A stretch of DNA of 22,455 nucleotides from positions 1 to 22,455 of the forward strand of contig JBHHYO010000045.1 in NCBI GenBank assembly GCA_046757665.1, given 5' to 3'. Numbering within the stretch: the stretch's first letter is position 1; each line of letters opens with the position of its first letter. Below, one piece after another: positions 1-8,916 of the stretch. The DNA is from Nitrospinales bacterium. GTDB lineage: Bacteria > Nitrospinota > Nitrospinia > Nitrospinales > JAJDAT01. A program made the position numbers and the translations under genes. The notes under the pieces are model-generated. The model saw nothing but the letters and a program-made list of their open reading frames with translations, ran no database searches and had not been told where the DNA came from.

Positions 1-16
1 TCCGCTATACACCTCG

Positions 17-47
17 AAACCCCCTGGGAGGCTCCAGGGGGTTTTTT
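17..47 (+). terminator. Rho-independent terminator-like hairpin
   Basis: AAACCCCCTGG (17-27) pairs with CCAGGGGGTTT (34-44) around a 6-nt loop, and the right arm runs into a T tract (42-47). Confidence 0.8.
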
Positions 48-61
48 ATTGGCCATGGCTT

Positions 62-862
62 ATGGACAACAAAATCTTTCAGGTTGACGCCTTTACGGAC
101 AAGGCGTTTTCCGGCAATCCGGCGGCGGTTTGCCTTTTGCCGCGCCCCGGCGGGGAGGCCTGGATGCTGGATGTGGCGCGGGAAATGAATTTGTCGGAAA
201 CCGCTTTTCTGAGCGCCCGGGACGACGGATTCGATCTGCGCTGGTTCACCCCCGCCGTGGAGGTGGAACTTTGCGGCCATGCCACCCTGGCCGCCGCCCA
301 TGTGTTGTGGGAGGAGGGATGCCTGGAACCGGCCGAGCCCGCGAGGTTTCATACCCGTAGCGGACTGCTGACCGCCGAGCGCCGGGACGACTGGGTTGTC
401 ATGGATTTCCCCGCCGAGCCGGAAGAACCTTGCGACCCGCCCGCCGGCCTCGACTCCGCCTTGGGGGCTGAGCTAAAATATGTCGGCAGGAACCGTTTCG
501 ATTTTCTCGTGGAAGTGGAGTCGGAGGAGGTTCTGCGAAACCTGAAACCCGATTTCTCACGCTTGCAAACCCTGGACGCGCGCGGGATCATCGTCACGTG
601 CCGGCCGGCTTCCGGGACGTTCGATTTTGTCTCCCGGTTTTTTGCCCCGGCGGTCGGGATCGACGAGGACCCGGTGACCGGCTCGGCGCATTGTTGCCTG
701 GGGCCGTTCTGGGGAGCGCGGCTCGGCAAGACCGAACTCGACGCTTTCCAGGCCTCCAGCCGCGGCGGCCGCGTCCGCGTGCGGCTCGGCAAGGGCCGGG
801 TCGCCCTCGCCGGCCGCGCCGTCACGATTTTCCGCGGCGTCCTGTCGCCCCGGGAAATTTGA
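62..862 (+). CDS. PhzF-family (diaminopimelate-epimerase-like) isomerase
   Basis: 266 aa with the family motifs QVDAFT..FSGNPAAV, EMNLSETAF, LRWFTP..EVELCGHATLA and EDPVTGSAHC. Confidence 0.95.
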   Translation: MDNKIFQVDAFTDKAFSGNPAAVCLLPRPGGEAWMLDVAREMNLSETAFLSARDDGFDLRWFTPAVEVELCGHATLAAAHVLWEEGCLEPAEPARFHTRSGLLTAERRDDWVVMDFPAEPEEPCDPPAGLDSALGAELKYVGRNRFDFLVEVESEEVLRNLKPDFSRLQTLDARGIIVTCRPASGTFDFVSRFFAPAVGIDEDPVTGSAHCCLGPFWGARLGKTELDAFQASSRGGRVRVRLGKGRVALAGRAVTIFRGVLSPREI

Positions 863-864
863 AT

Positions 865-2106
865 TCACACCCCATAAGCACCGGAAACCTCGAATTCAAA
901 AAGTTCCTTTTTTGAATTGCGTTTACGTACCGTTTTGACTTGTATGTTTGAAAAGCCTAATTCGGCTAGCATATCGGCGTAAAGGTGTTCGGTTGGCAAC
1001 AAAATATCATAAAAAGTCGAATTCCCCACGATGTAATGCACTCGACTACCACGCGATAGAACCGGTAACATACTGTTCAAGTGAGACCAAATATCTTCAA
1101 AATATTTTGCAACATATTTTGACAGCAATTCCCCATTTTTATTATCAACATGGGCGATCCTATCCAAAATCTTTTTAAAACAATTTGGGTAAAAACCCTC
1201 CTTGTTTCTCTCCCAATCCATAAGACGGCTGGTTGCTATACCCCAGGTTCCTCCAATGGCTTGCCAATCCAGTTCACCCGCTTCACGCGCTTCACGTAAG
1301 TACCCAAGCCAGTACATATAAGGTCGCAACTCACGAATATATGACATCCGGTTTGGATATGGGGGGGAGGTTATCACCATATCAAATTTCCCCCTTACCA
1401 CACTTTGCAGTGCCCTGGCATCCCCTTGAATAATGGTTGATTTCCGGTTTGGGTTGTGCGTGGCGGAAGCAAGTACGAACTCCAAATTGTCGGTATAGAT
1501 GGACTCGTAATGGCTGGTGAGATCCAAATCTTTAAAAAGATCAACTTGGGAAATGTCCTTGAAGGACATGGATTGGTGATTGAAAGCGGCATTGGAAAGT
1601 GTGATCATCGTACGGCAAAAAGCCACGAGCAACAGTGCCTTAGAGGGTGAGGTCCCCGGTAGTAATTCATCAAGAGCGCCTTTTAATTGACGTAAAAAGG
1701 ATAAAACCGGCGAATTCCACCAGCGGTCGATATTATGGATTGGAGGTGCCGGGGCTGAATTTGTCCGGTTTGTCCGCGTTGCCTTTAAGACGATAGCAGA
1801 TTGATTGCGGGCAACTTTGACAATTGACTCCGAATAGCGATCCGTTTTTGTTCGCCCAAACCAGACCAGAAATGGATTGATTTCAACTGTGGTGGCTTCA
1901 TGTCCACGATACGTTGCGTACAACGCCGTGGTTGACGTACCCGCGAATGGATCGAGAACCCGAGTGCCTCCTGGCCGCTTCTCCAGGATTTGGTCAACAA
2001 TTTTAACCGAATATGCCGGCGTCAAGCGTAGCCAGCCAAACCTTCCCGCAGAAGCATTGTGCTTAAATGTATAATCGGATCGTTGCCTGACCTGAGGAGC
2101 CCGCAT
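865..2106 (-). CDS. DNA amino-methyltransferase, probably N4-cytosine (SPPY), alpha-type motif order
   Basis: SAM-binding motif I VLDPFAGTSTT near the N-terminus; IIQGDAR..FDMVITSPPY catalytic motif IV later; VVG/IVGNS-like motif downstream. SPPY is typical of m4C MTases. Confidence 0.88.
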   Translation of the reverse strand: MRAPQVRQRSDYTFKHNASAGRFGWLRLTPAYSVKIVDQILEKRPGGTRVLDPFAGTSTTALYATYRGHEATTVEINPFLVWFGRTKTDRYSESIVKVARNQSAIVLKATRTNRTNSAPAPPIHNIDRWWNSPVLSFLRQLKGALDELLPGTSPSKALLLVAFCRTMITLSNAAFNHQSMSFKDISQVDLFKDLDLTSHYESIYTDNLEFVLASATHNPNRKSTIIQGDARALQSVVRGKFDMVITSPPYPNRMSYIRELRPYMYWLGYLREAREAGELDWQAIGGTWGIATSRLMDWERNKEGFYPNCFKKILDRIAHVDNKNGELLSKYVAKYFEDIWSHLNSMLPVLSRGSRVHYIVGNSTFYDILLPTEHLYADMLAELGFSNIQVKTVRKRNSKKELFEFEVSGAYGV

Positions 2107-2134
2107 AGTTTGTTTCCTGAACTCTTCTTGTGCC

Positions 2135-2941
2135 TTACGCTGTTAAAAGAGCTTTCAGTACCGAATCTACTTCGCGTTTAAGTATCTTTTTATTTCTCTC
2201 AAAAAAACCGGCAAGATCATAACCGATAACTGAACTCATAAAATCGTAGGTAGAAATCAGTGGGTTATTTTTCCCCAAAACACCGGTCAGAATCAACCAC
2301 TTCTCTGCCCGATAACGAAGCACGATATCCATATCAATTTGAGAAGACAAAACGATGACACAGGGCAAGTAGGACTTGGTGTAAGCCGTCGCCGCATTGG
2401 CGATATCCGCATTTTGGCGTTTTGAATCTTTACTTTTATAACCTTGTCGAACCTCGAACACCGCTCCAGACAGAGTTTTAATCACAGACGGTGCAACGTC
2501 CAAATCTTGTGCCGCTTGCTTAATCCATTTCTCTATTCGTTTATAAACATTAGGGTTTCTAACACACGCGAGAGGAATACGTCCGTCCAGAGAAAGTTTG
2601 CGGGTTCGATTTCCAGACGCGCGAATCGTGTAGGACCATGTTGTGTCGTCTGGTGACAAATCGAGTTTATCCTGTAAAATTTGACGGAACAAGTGCTCGC
2701 AACCAATACCAATTTGACGATATATACTTGTCATCCCACCAGCGGCCTTGTGTGCGGCATACATCAGAGGGTTGTCCAGACCAAACCAGCTATATAAAGC
2801 GTCTTCTTGATAAAGTTTTTGGAAGTCCGACAAGGAATATCCAGTCTTCCCGCCACGCCCTAATTTAGGCTTATAATGGGAACATATCCGAATGGGTTTC
2901 AAAATGATTTCTAAATATTTTTTGTCGAGCTTAGACGTCAA
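2135..2941 (-). CDS. Putative type II restriction endonuclease
   Basis: 268 aa, TTG start with an AAAGGA ribosome-binding site upstream, co-oriented 28 bp upstream of the MTase. LDG...FEVRQG resembles a PD-(D/E)XK-type active site. The call rests mostly on gene context. Confidence 0.7.
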   Translation of the reverse strand: MTSKLDKKYLEIILKPIRICSHYKPKLGRGGKTGYSLSDFQKLYQEDALYSWFGLDNPLMYAAHKAAGGMTSIYRQIGIGCEHLFRQILQDKLDLSPDDTTWSYTIRASGNRTRKLSLDGRIPLACVRNPNVYKRIEKWIKQAAQDLDVAPSVIKTLSGAVFEVRQGYKSKDSKRQNADIANAATAYTKSYLPCVIVLSSQIDMDIVLRYRAEKWLILTGVLGKNNPLISTYDFMSSVIGYDLAGFFERNKKILKREVDSVLKALLTA

Positions 2942-3104
2942 TTTAAATTCCTTTTTATTTTAGGCCTTCTTAACTATAACCTAATTTTGGAATTTAAAAG
3001 GAGGATTTTCATGACGTTCTTGGGATAACGGTTACGCCGGCACATCATTCCTGATTTTGTGTTAAATTTTGACTATGATAAACGGATGAGCGGCGAAAAA
3101 TCCG

Positions 3105-6100
3105 ATGAGCAAACCATCTGATCTTTACGAGTGGGTTTATGCAGGGCATCCCTGGGACGAGTCTCTGGAATCGGCGCTGAAGGGTTACGGGTTCGACGAG
3201 CCCAAAAAGGCGTGGCGCAACCTCACCATCCTGGCCGGCCATCTCAACTTCCGCGTTTTATTTCCCGATTTTTTCCCGCGCTTTCTGGACCTGCTGAGCC
3301 AGTCCTACCAGTCCGATATCGCTCTGCACAATTTTGAGCGGTTTTCGGAAAAGTTTCTCGACAAAAATTATTTGTTCACTTTTCTTGACGGCGCCCAGGA
3401 CCTCTTGCGGGCCTTGTTGATTCTCTTTTCCGGAAGCCAGGCGCTGACGGACACTCTGTTGAAGCATCCCGAGTACTTCGACTGGTTAAAACAGCCGGAG
3501 ACTCTGGGCCAACCCAAATCCAAGGACGTTCTCTACCGCGATTTCTACGTCATGGCCGGCACCGAGGACCTGGGCTCCGACACGCCGCTGTTGTTGCGCC
3601 GCTTTAAAAAAAGGGAGTATGTCCGCATCGGCCTGCGGGATTTGCTGGGGCTGGCCGGGCTTGAGGAAAACGTCGAGGACATTTCCAACCTGGCGGACGT
3701 TTGCCTGCAAGTGGCCTACGAATACGCCGACAAGACGCTCAAGAAAAAATACGGCGCCCCGGTTTATCAAAACCCCGAAGGAGAATGGCTGGAATCGGAA
3801 TTCGCCGTTGTCGGCATGGGAAAACTGGGCGGCCGGGAACTCAATTACAGTTCGGACATCGACATCATCTATATATACACCTCCAGCCGGGGCGAAACTC
3901 GAAACAACGATTCCACCGCCGGGACATCGGTCAGCAATCATGAGTTTTTTACCCGGCTGGGCCAGATGATCACTACCGTCATCGGCGAAATCAACATCGA
4001 GGGCCGGGTGTTCCGCGTCGACCTCGACCTGCGGCCGGAAGGCAAAAGCGGAGAAATCGCCAACTCCCTTGCCAGCAGTGAAATCTATTACCAGTCCTGG
4101 GGAAGAACCTGGGAGCGCCAGGCTCTCATCAAGGCAAGGGTCTGCGCCGGTAGCGAGTCTCTGGGCAAGGCGTTTTTCTCCATGCTGGAGCCGTTCATCT
4201 ACCGCCGCTACCTCGATTACCGGGCCATTGACGAGATCAAGGCGATGAAACGCCGGATCGACGAGAGCCTCAAAACCGGGAAGGGCGGGAGCGAGAATAT
4301 CAAACTGGGATTCGGCGGCATCCGCGAAATTGAATTCATTGTCCAGGCGCATCAGTTGCTGTTTGGCGGCCGCCACAAGAGCCTGCGCGTGGCCAACACC
4401 CTGACGGCCATGGGCAGGCTTCAGCGGCGCGGATTTTTTTCCGCCGACGACTATGCCCGCCTGCGGGAGGCTTACATTTTTCTTCGGCGCCTGGAGCACC
4501 GGGTGCAAATGGCGTTTGGATTGCAGACGCACAGCTTGCCGCGCCAGCCGGGGGAACTCGCCGTTCTCGCCCGCAAGATGGGCATTCGCGCCGACGGCGA
4601 GGAGGAAACGGTCGCCCGGCTTCGGGAAACCCTGCGCGGCCACACCCGCTTTGTGGGCGATTGTTTCGCCCGCTTGTTCGCCGGGGAAAAAACGCGCGAG
4701 ATCACGGAAACCGCGTCCAGGCAATGGGAACGGGCCGAACAGGGGGAAAGCAGGTTCTCCCTGGAGTTGATGAAAACGGTTCCCTTCACCGATCCCGACC
4801 GGGCGTTCCGGTTTCTTAAAACATTGCGCGACGGCTCGGCGTTTTATCATCCGTCGGAAAAAAGTATCCGGACATTTTATTCGCTTCTTCCCGGAATTCT
4901 GGAGGGTTGTTCGCGCGCGGCGCGGCCCAACTCCGCCGTGGAAAATCTGGTGAAATTTCTCGAAGCCACCCGGGCAAAGGAAACATTTTTCAATCTCCTG
5001 CTGGACAACGAAGGGTTTCTCAATCTTCTCATGGCGCTCTTCGGCAGTGGCGAGGTGTTGCCGCGCATTCTCATCCGGCACCCCGAATTCATGGACGCCC
5101 TTTTGGGCATGGAGTCCATTTATCGTTTCAAAACCCCGGAAAAGGTGGCGGCGGACCTGGTCGGCAAATTGAAGTCCATCAACGGGCTGGAGGATAAAAA
5201 AACCTTTCTGCGGCGGTTCAAGCAGGCCGAGGAACTGCGCGTCGGGGTGCGCTACCTGATCGGGGAAACGGACTTGCTGGGGACCCTGGCCGACCTGTCC
5301 ACGCTGGCGGAAATTTACCTCAAAACGTCGCTGGAAACGGCGCGGCAGGAAACGGCGCGGCAATACGGCATCCCCGCGTCGGCCCTCGACGATTTCGCCG
5401 TTGTGGCGATGGGCAAGCTGGGAAGCCGGGAACTCAACTTCGGTTCCGACCTGGATGTCGTCTTCATCTATGACGAACCGCGCACCGCCGCCCCGGCCTT
5501 GTCCGCCGGGGAAATGATCGCTTGCCACGCCACGCTTGCCCAGACGATTTACCGCATCGTGTCGGAACCCACCCACGCGGGGTATGCCTACAAAATCGAC
5601 AGCGACCTGCGCCCCGAGGGCAGTCAGGGTATTCTTGTGCAATCGGTTAAGGGGTATGAAAGATATTTCGCGACGCGGGCGAGAATCTGGGAGCGGCAAG
5701 CCATGACCCGCGCCCGGTTCGTGGCCGGCAACTCCGCGCTGGCGGAAAAGTTTCTGGCAATCGCCCACGCCTTTACCTATCGGCCGAAACTCGAATACGG
5801 CTCCCTGATCGAGATCGCCCGCTTGCGGGAGCGGATGGAGAAGGAACTGGCCGGGGAAGCAAAAAAAGGCAAGAATGTTAAACTGGGGTTCGGCGGGCTG
5901 GCGGACATCGAATTCAGCGCGCAGATTCTGCAACTGATGCACGGCCACCGCCATCCCCGCCTGCGCGAAACCAACACCCTGAGCGTCCTGCGAATTTTGG
6001 CGGAAACCGGGATTCTGGATGACGCCGATGCCACCCGGCTTCGGGAGAACTATCTCTACCTGCGCCGTCTGGAGTGCCTGTTGCGTATCCAGGACGAGCC

Positions 6101-6284
6101 GGCCCCCAGGCATCTGCCCCGCAGGGAAGACGACCTGGCCGCCCTGGCGAAGTTGATGGACTACCGGGGAAAGGATAACCGGGAACTGGCCTCGCGGCTG
6201 ATGCGGGATTACGAACGCACGACCCGCGAAGTGCGCGCCTTCTACCGCAAAAACCTCGACACGCTACTGAGAACGGCGCTATGA
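3105..6284 (+). CDS. glnE: Bifunctional glutamine synthetase adenylyltransferase/adenylyl-removing enzyme
   Basis: 1059 aa with two nucleotidyltransferase halves: GMGKLGGRELNYSSDIDIIY / VDLDLRPEG / WERQALIKAR / NIKLGFGGIREIEF, and AMGKLGSRELNFGSDLDVVF / IDSDLRPEG / WERQAMTRAR / NVKLGFGGLADIEF. Confidence 0.97.
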   Translation: MSKPSDLYEWVYAGHPWDESLESALKGYGFDEPKKAWRNLTILAGHLNFRVLFPDFFPRFLDLLSQSYQSDIALHNFERFSEKFLDKNYLFTFLDGAQDLLRALLILFSGSQALTDTLLKHPEYFDWLKQPETLGQPKSKDVLYRDFYVMAGTEDLGSDTPLLLRRFKKREYVRIGLRDLLGLAGLEENVEDISNLADVCLQVAYEYADKTLKKKYGAPVYQNPEGEWLESEFAVVGMGKLGGRELNYSSDIDIIYIYTSSRGETRNNDSTAGTSVSNHEFFTRLGQMITTVIGEINIEGRVFRVDLDLRPEGKSGEIANSLASSEIYYQSWGRTWERQALIKARVCAGSESLGKAFFSMLEPFIYRRYLDYRAIDEIKAMKRRIDESLKTGKGGSENIKLGFGGIREIEFIVQAHQLLFGGRHKSLRVANTLTAMGRLQRRGFFSADDYARLREAYIFLRRLEHRVQMAFGLQTHSLPRQPGELAVLARKMGIRADGEEETVARLRETLRGHTRFVGDCFARLFAGEKTREITETASRQWERAEQGESRFSLELMKTVPFTDPDRAFRFLKTLRDGSAFYHPSEKSIRTFYSLLPGILEGCSRAARPNSAVENLVKFLEATRAKETFFNLLLDNEGFLNLLMALFGSGEVLPRILIRHPEFMDALLGMESIYRFKTPEKVAADLVGKLKSINGLEDKKTFLRRFKQAEELRVGVRYLIGETDLLGTLADLSTLAEIYLKTSLETARQETARQYGIPASALDDFAVVAMGKLGSRELNFGSDLDVVFIYDEPRTAAPALSAGEMIACHATLAQTIYRIVSEPTHAGYAYKIDSDLRPEGSQGILVQSVKGYERYFATRARIWERQAMTRARFVAGNSALAEKFLAIAHAFTYRPKLEYGSLIEIARLRERMEKELAGEAKKGKNVKLGFGGLADIEFSAQILQLMHGHRHPRLRETNTLSVLRILAETGILDDADATRLRENYLYLRRLECLLRIQDEPAPRHLPRREDDLAALAKLMDYRGKDNRELASRLMRDYERTTREVRAFYRKNLDTLLRTAL

Positions 6285-6287
6285 CGG

Positions 6288-6321
6288 TTGAAATCGTTTC
6301 AAGCCCGCCAACCGGGCGGGC
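6288..6321. terminator. Tandem hairpins between convergent genes (possible terminator)
   Basis: TTGAAA-tcg-TTTCAA (6288-6302) is directly followed by GCCCGCC-aaccg-GGCGGGC (6303-6321) in the 43-bp gap between the glnE stop and the 752-aa gene stop. No strong U tract. Confidence 0.4.
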
Positions 6322-6327
6322 ACGGGA

Positions 6328-8586
6328 TTAAAATTTGCACGACTCGCCCGTTTTTCCGGTGATAATCAATCCTCCTTCGGCCTTGCCCTGTACTTTGAAA
6401 AGGCACATGGCGCAGTTGCCCAGCAGGTTTTTGAATTGATTGATCGGGTCCGTCACGGTGACCAGTGATTCAAACACCTGGTTTGCGGCCGTCGTGGGGA
6501 AGCGGATTGTGCTATCTCCGGCAAGCGGGGACAGCACGCCCTGCCGCGCAAACAGGGTGAGGTTTTTGCCGGGCGTATCCTGGGGCGCCTGGCAGTAGTT
6601 GATTCTCAGGTTGCCGCCGCCCCAGCTCCGGAAATAGCCCTTCTGGGTGAGCCCCTGCGCCCACGAGTCGCCGGTCAGGGATTTCATGCGGACATTGTCC
6701 GAGGTCAGGTCGGCGAAAATATTTCCGGATGTGGTGCGGGTGTTCACCCGGCCCGTCATGCCCAGGATAACGGCATGTCCCCTGTTGCCCACGATACCGG
6801 CGAAGGGATCGTCCACCATGCTGTGTTCGTTGATGACGGCCTCCTCGATTTCGCTGTCATCGGCTTCTTCCTGGATATGAAAGGTTTTGGGCGTCAGCAC
6901 GCTAAACTTCATCAGGCAATTCAGGGCGCCGTTGCGCGGTTTCGTTTCGATTTTCAGCATCGTGCCCGTTCGGGCTATAGATACCCGGTAGCCGCAGTCC
7001 GTGTTATCCCAGGGAGCTTCGTCGATGTTGATCGTGCAACTGGTTTGGCCGGGGCTCAGCGCCGCCACTTTTATGTTGGTGCCGGTGATTCCCTGGCTCA
7101 GAAAGAAAGTCGGAATATCGATCACTCCGTTGGCCTCCGGATTGTTCCGTACACCGTCGCAACCCAGGGGATCCCCGGGCGGCAAGGTGGGGTTGCAGGC
7201 CGCGAACGTGCCCAGAAATTCCCGATGGTAAATTATTTTCAACCGGTCGAGATTGGTGCCGACGCACGGGATGTCGATGGTGCACCCCCCCTCGCCAATG
7301 GGGCCGAAAGTGAAACCGGTTGTGTCAATGTTGACGGGGCTGACGTCGCCGGGGTCGGCGTCGGTGAAGACCACGCAACTGAAACCCTTGGTGTCGCTTC
7401 CCGAGCCCGTGCGAAACCCAACGGTGGAGGAATCTTTCATATCCATGGAATCGCCCAGCAGTGAGCCGATCACGCTGGCGTTGTTTTTCAATTCGATCTT
7501 GCCGTTGGTGGCCAGCGCCCCGACGAACACGGCGTTGTCTCTCAGCTCGGCGCTCAGGCCCGCAAGAACAAGCGCCTGCGACGGACGACCATTGGTCTGG
7601 TTGATCGCCGCATTATTTTTCATCTCGAACTTGCCGTCGGTCTGCAGGGTCAGGGTTCCTTCCAACAGATCAATCCGCGCATCGTCTTTGAACTCCGCCT
7701 TGTTCTTGGCGTTGATGGAGGCGTCTCCGGTGATACTCAAGACACTCCTGTCTTCCATTTCAAATTTGTCGTAAATCCAGGCAGTCAGCCATCCGTTCAC
7801 CTGAACGGTGGCGTCGTCCTTGAATTCCATTTCCTTAAGAACGTTGAAGGTGGTTATGCCGCCGATTATCATTTGAGCGTTATTTTCCACTTCAACTTCT
7901 TCCCGGACGTTGAAGGTGGCGTCTCCGGTGATGATCAACTGGCTGTTGTCTTTCAACTTAAGGTCCTTGAAGACCCAGACGACATCGTCCGGCGAGGTTT
8001 GCACGAGTTGGGTATTTTTCAGTTCCATCTTGCAAAATTGAAAGGGGCTGGCGCCGACCAGAAAACCGTTGGCGTCGGTGTGGGTGAAGAAGTCGAAATC
8101 GGGCCATCCCGAAGGGCAGTCATCACCTTCGTGGAATTCCGTGATCTCAGAGGAGGGGCTATCGAAGTCGTCGCTCTGGTTGTTGTTGCCTCCACCTTTG
8201 CCCTTCTCCTTGTCTTTGTTTTTGTCTTTATCGTCGTCTTTATCTACCGGGGAGGGGAATGCCGGGGCTGTGGGAAACGACAGGGCAGGCACCAGCGGGG
8301 TGCCGGGACAAAACCCGTTTTCGATTGTTCCGTCGATACTGGAGGCACTGGCGCCGCCGCTGAAGTTGATGGCGCTACAGGTGGTGACGGCATTGTCGCC
8401 CAGATTATCTTTAACCTCCGTGCTCAATCCGGCGTCGCAGGGGGTGCTGTCGTCCACGGTCCCGGCGAAGGCGCATTTCGCCGCTTCCGCCGTCGGCAAC
8501 AAATTGTGAAAAATGCCGGGCAGGATGCCTTCAACCAGAAAAAGAAATATCGCGGTCAGGCTCAACAATCGAAGAAAACATTTCAT
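6328..8586 (-). CDS. Secreted Cys-rich beta-solenoid protein with a C-terminal DUF4097-like beta-repeat region; candidate pilus-associated adhesin
   Basis: Signal-peptide-like N-terminus (MKCFLRLLSLTAIFLFLV...AEA/A), GGAGG RBS (8595-8599, minus strand), about six 22-aa repeats (VFKDLKLKDNSQLIITGDATFN, VREEVEVENNAQMIIGGITTFN, ...), 18 Cys after the signal, and C-terminal GRVNTRTTSGNI/VRMKSLTGDS strands typical of adhesin-type beta repeats. Confidence 0.7.
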   Translation of the reverse strand: MKCFLRLLSLTAIFLFLVEGILPGIFHNLLPTAEAAKCAFAGTVDDSTPCDAGLSTEVKDNLGDNAVTTCSAINFSGGASASSIDGTIENGFCPGTPLVPALSFPTAPAFPSPVDKDDDKDKNKDKEKGKGGGNNNQSDDFDSPSSEITEFHEGDDCPSGWPDFDFFTHTDANGFLVGASPFQFCKMELKNTQLVQTSPDDVVWVFKDLKLKDNSQLIITGDATFNVREEVEVENNAQMIIGGITTFNVLKEMEFKDDATVQVNGWLTAWIYDKFEMEDRSVLSITGDASINAKNKAEFKDDARIDLLEGTLTLQTDGKFEMKNNAAINQTNGRPSQALVLAGLSAELRDNAVFVGALATNGKIELKNNASVIGSLLGDSMDMKDSSTVGFRTGSGSDTKGFSCVVFTDADPGDVSPVNIDTTGFTFGPIGEGGCTIDIPCVGTNLDRLKIIYHREFLGTFAACNPTLPPGDPLGCDGVRNNPEANGVIDIPTFFLSQGITGTNIKVAALSPGQTSCTINIDEAPWDNTDCGYRVSIARTGTMLKIETKPRNGALNCLMKFSVLTPKTFHIQEEADDSEIEEAVINEHSMVDDPFAGIVGNRGHAVILGMTGRVNTRTTSGNIFADLTSDNVRMKSLTGDSWAQGLTQKGYFRSWGGGNLRINYCQAPQDTPGKNLTLFARQGVLSPLAGDSTIRFPTTAANQVFESLVTVTDPINQFKNLLGNCAMCLFKVQGKAEGGLIITGKTGESCKF

Positions 8587-8636
8587 CGCTCATGCCTCCA
8601 CAACATAAAGGTATGAAATCTATAACATTATTAAAT

Positions 8637-8665
8637 AGTATAGAAAGTTGTCGCCGGGCTCACAA
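8637..8665 (-). promoter_or_regulatory. Sigma70-type promoter for the 752-aa secreted protein
   Basis: The minus strand reads TTGTGA-N17-TATACT, about 50 bp upstream of the ATG at 8586. Confidence 0.55.
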
Positions 8666-8846
8666 GGAAAAACAAGGCAGGAAAAGGCCGGTTTGGGCGT
8701 TTTTTGTTTAATCTGTGGTTTATCAACCGGTTTAATTTGCTCTTTTTTACGTGTTTTTTCCCGGTGGTTCGTCAAAGCCCCGGCTGGAGCATCCCTTTGA
8801 CCGAAAAGACCGTAGCCCCGTCCGGCCGGTTGCGGGAATGCTTGCT

Positions 8847-8875
8847 TTGACAGATAAAAAAGTCGGGCTTATAAT
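8847..8875 (+). promoter_or_regulatory. Perfect-consensus sigma70 promoter of the pilin operon
   Basis: TTGACA (8847-8852), 17-nt spacer, TATAAT (8870-8875); TAAGGAG RBS at 8901-8907 before the ATG at 8917. Confidence 0.88.
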
Positions 8876-8916
8876 AAAATCGGCGTGTAGCGATAACGTC
8901 TAAGGAGAAAGAAAAG

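Larger units (their letters stand above)
863..3030 (-). mobile_element. Low-GC inserted restriction-modification cassette (boundaries approximate; no mobility gene seen)
   Basis: Abrupt switch to AT-richer sequence immediately after the PhzF stop, returning to GC-rich sequence around the glnE start. Contains only an R-M gene pair on the strand opposite to both flanking genes. Confidence 0.5.

Noticed and set aside
1-10. 3' end of a tRNA (TCCGCTA resembles some tRNA acceptor ends) before the terminator
   Set aside because: Too few bases are visible to support it.
62-862. Phenazine biosynthesis cluster
   Set aside because: Lone PhzF-family gene with no phzA-E/G neighbours; such stand-alone homologs are widespread.
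3486-6113. 875-aa antisense ORF inside glnE
   Set aside because: Shadow ORF opposite a clearly conserved gene; expected from GC-rich codon bias; no recognisable motifs.
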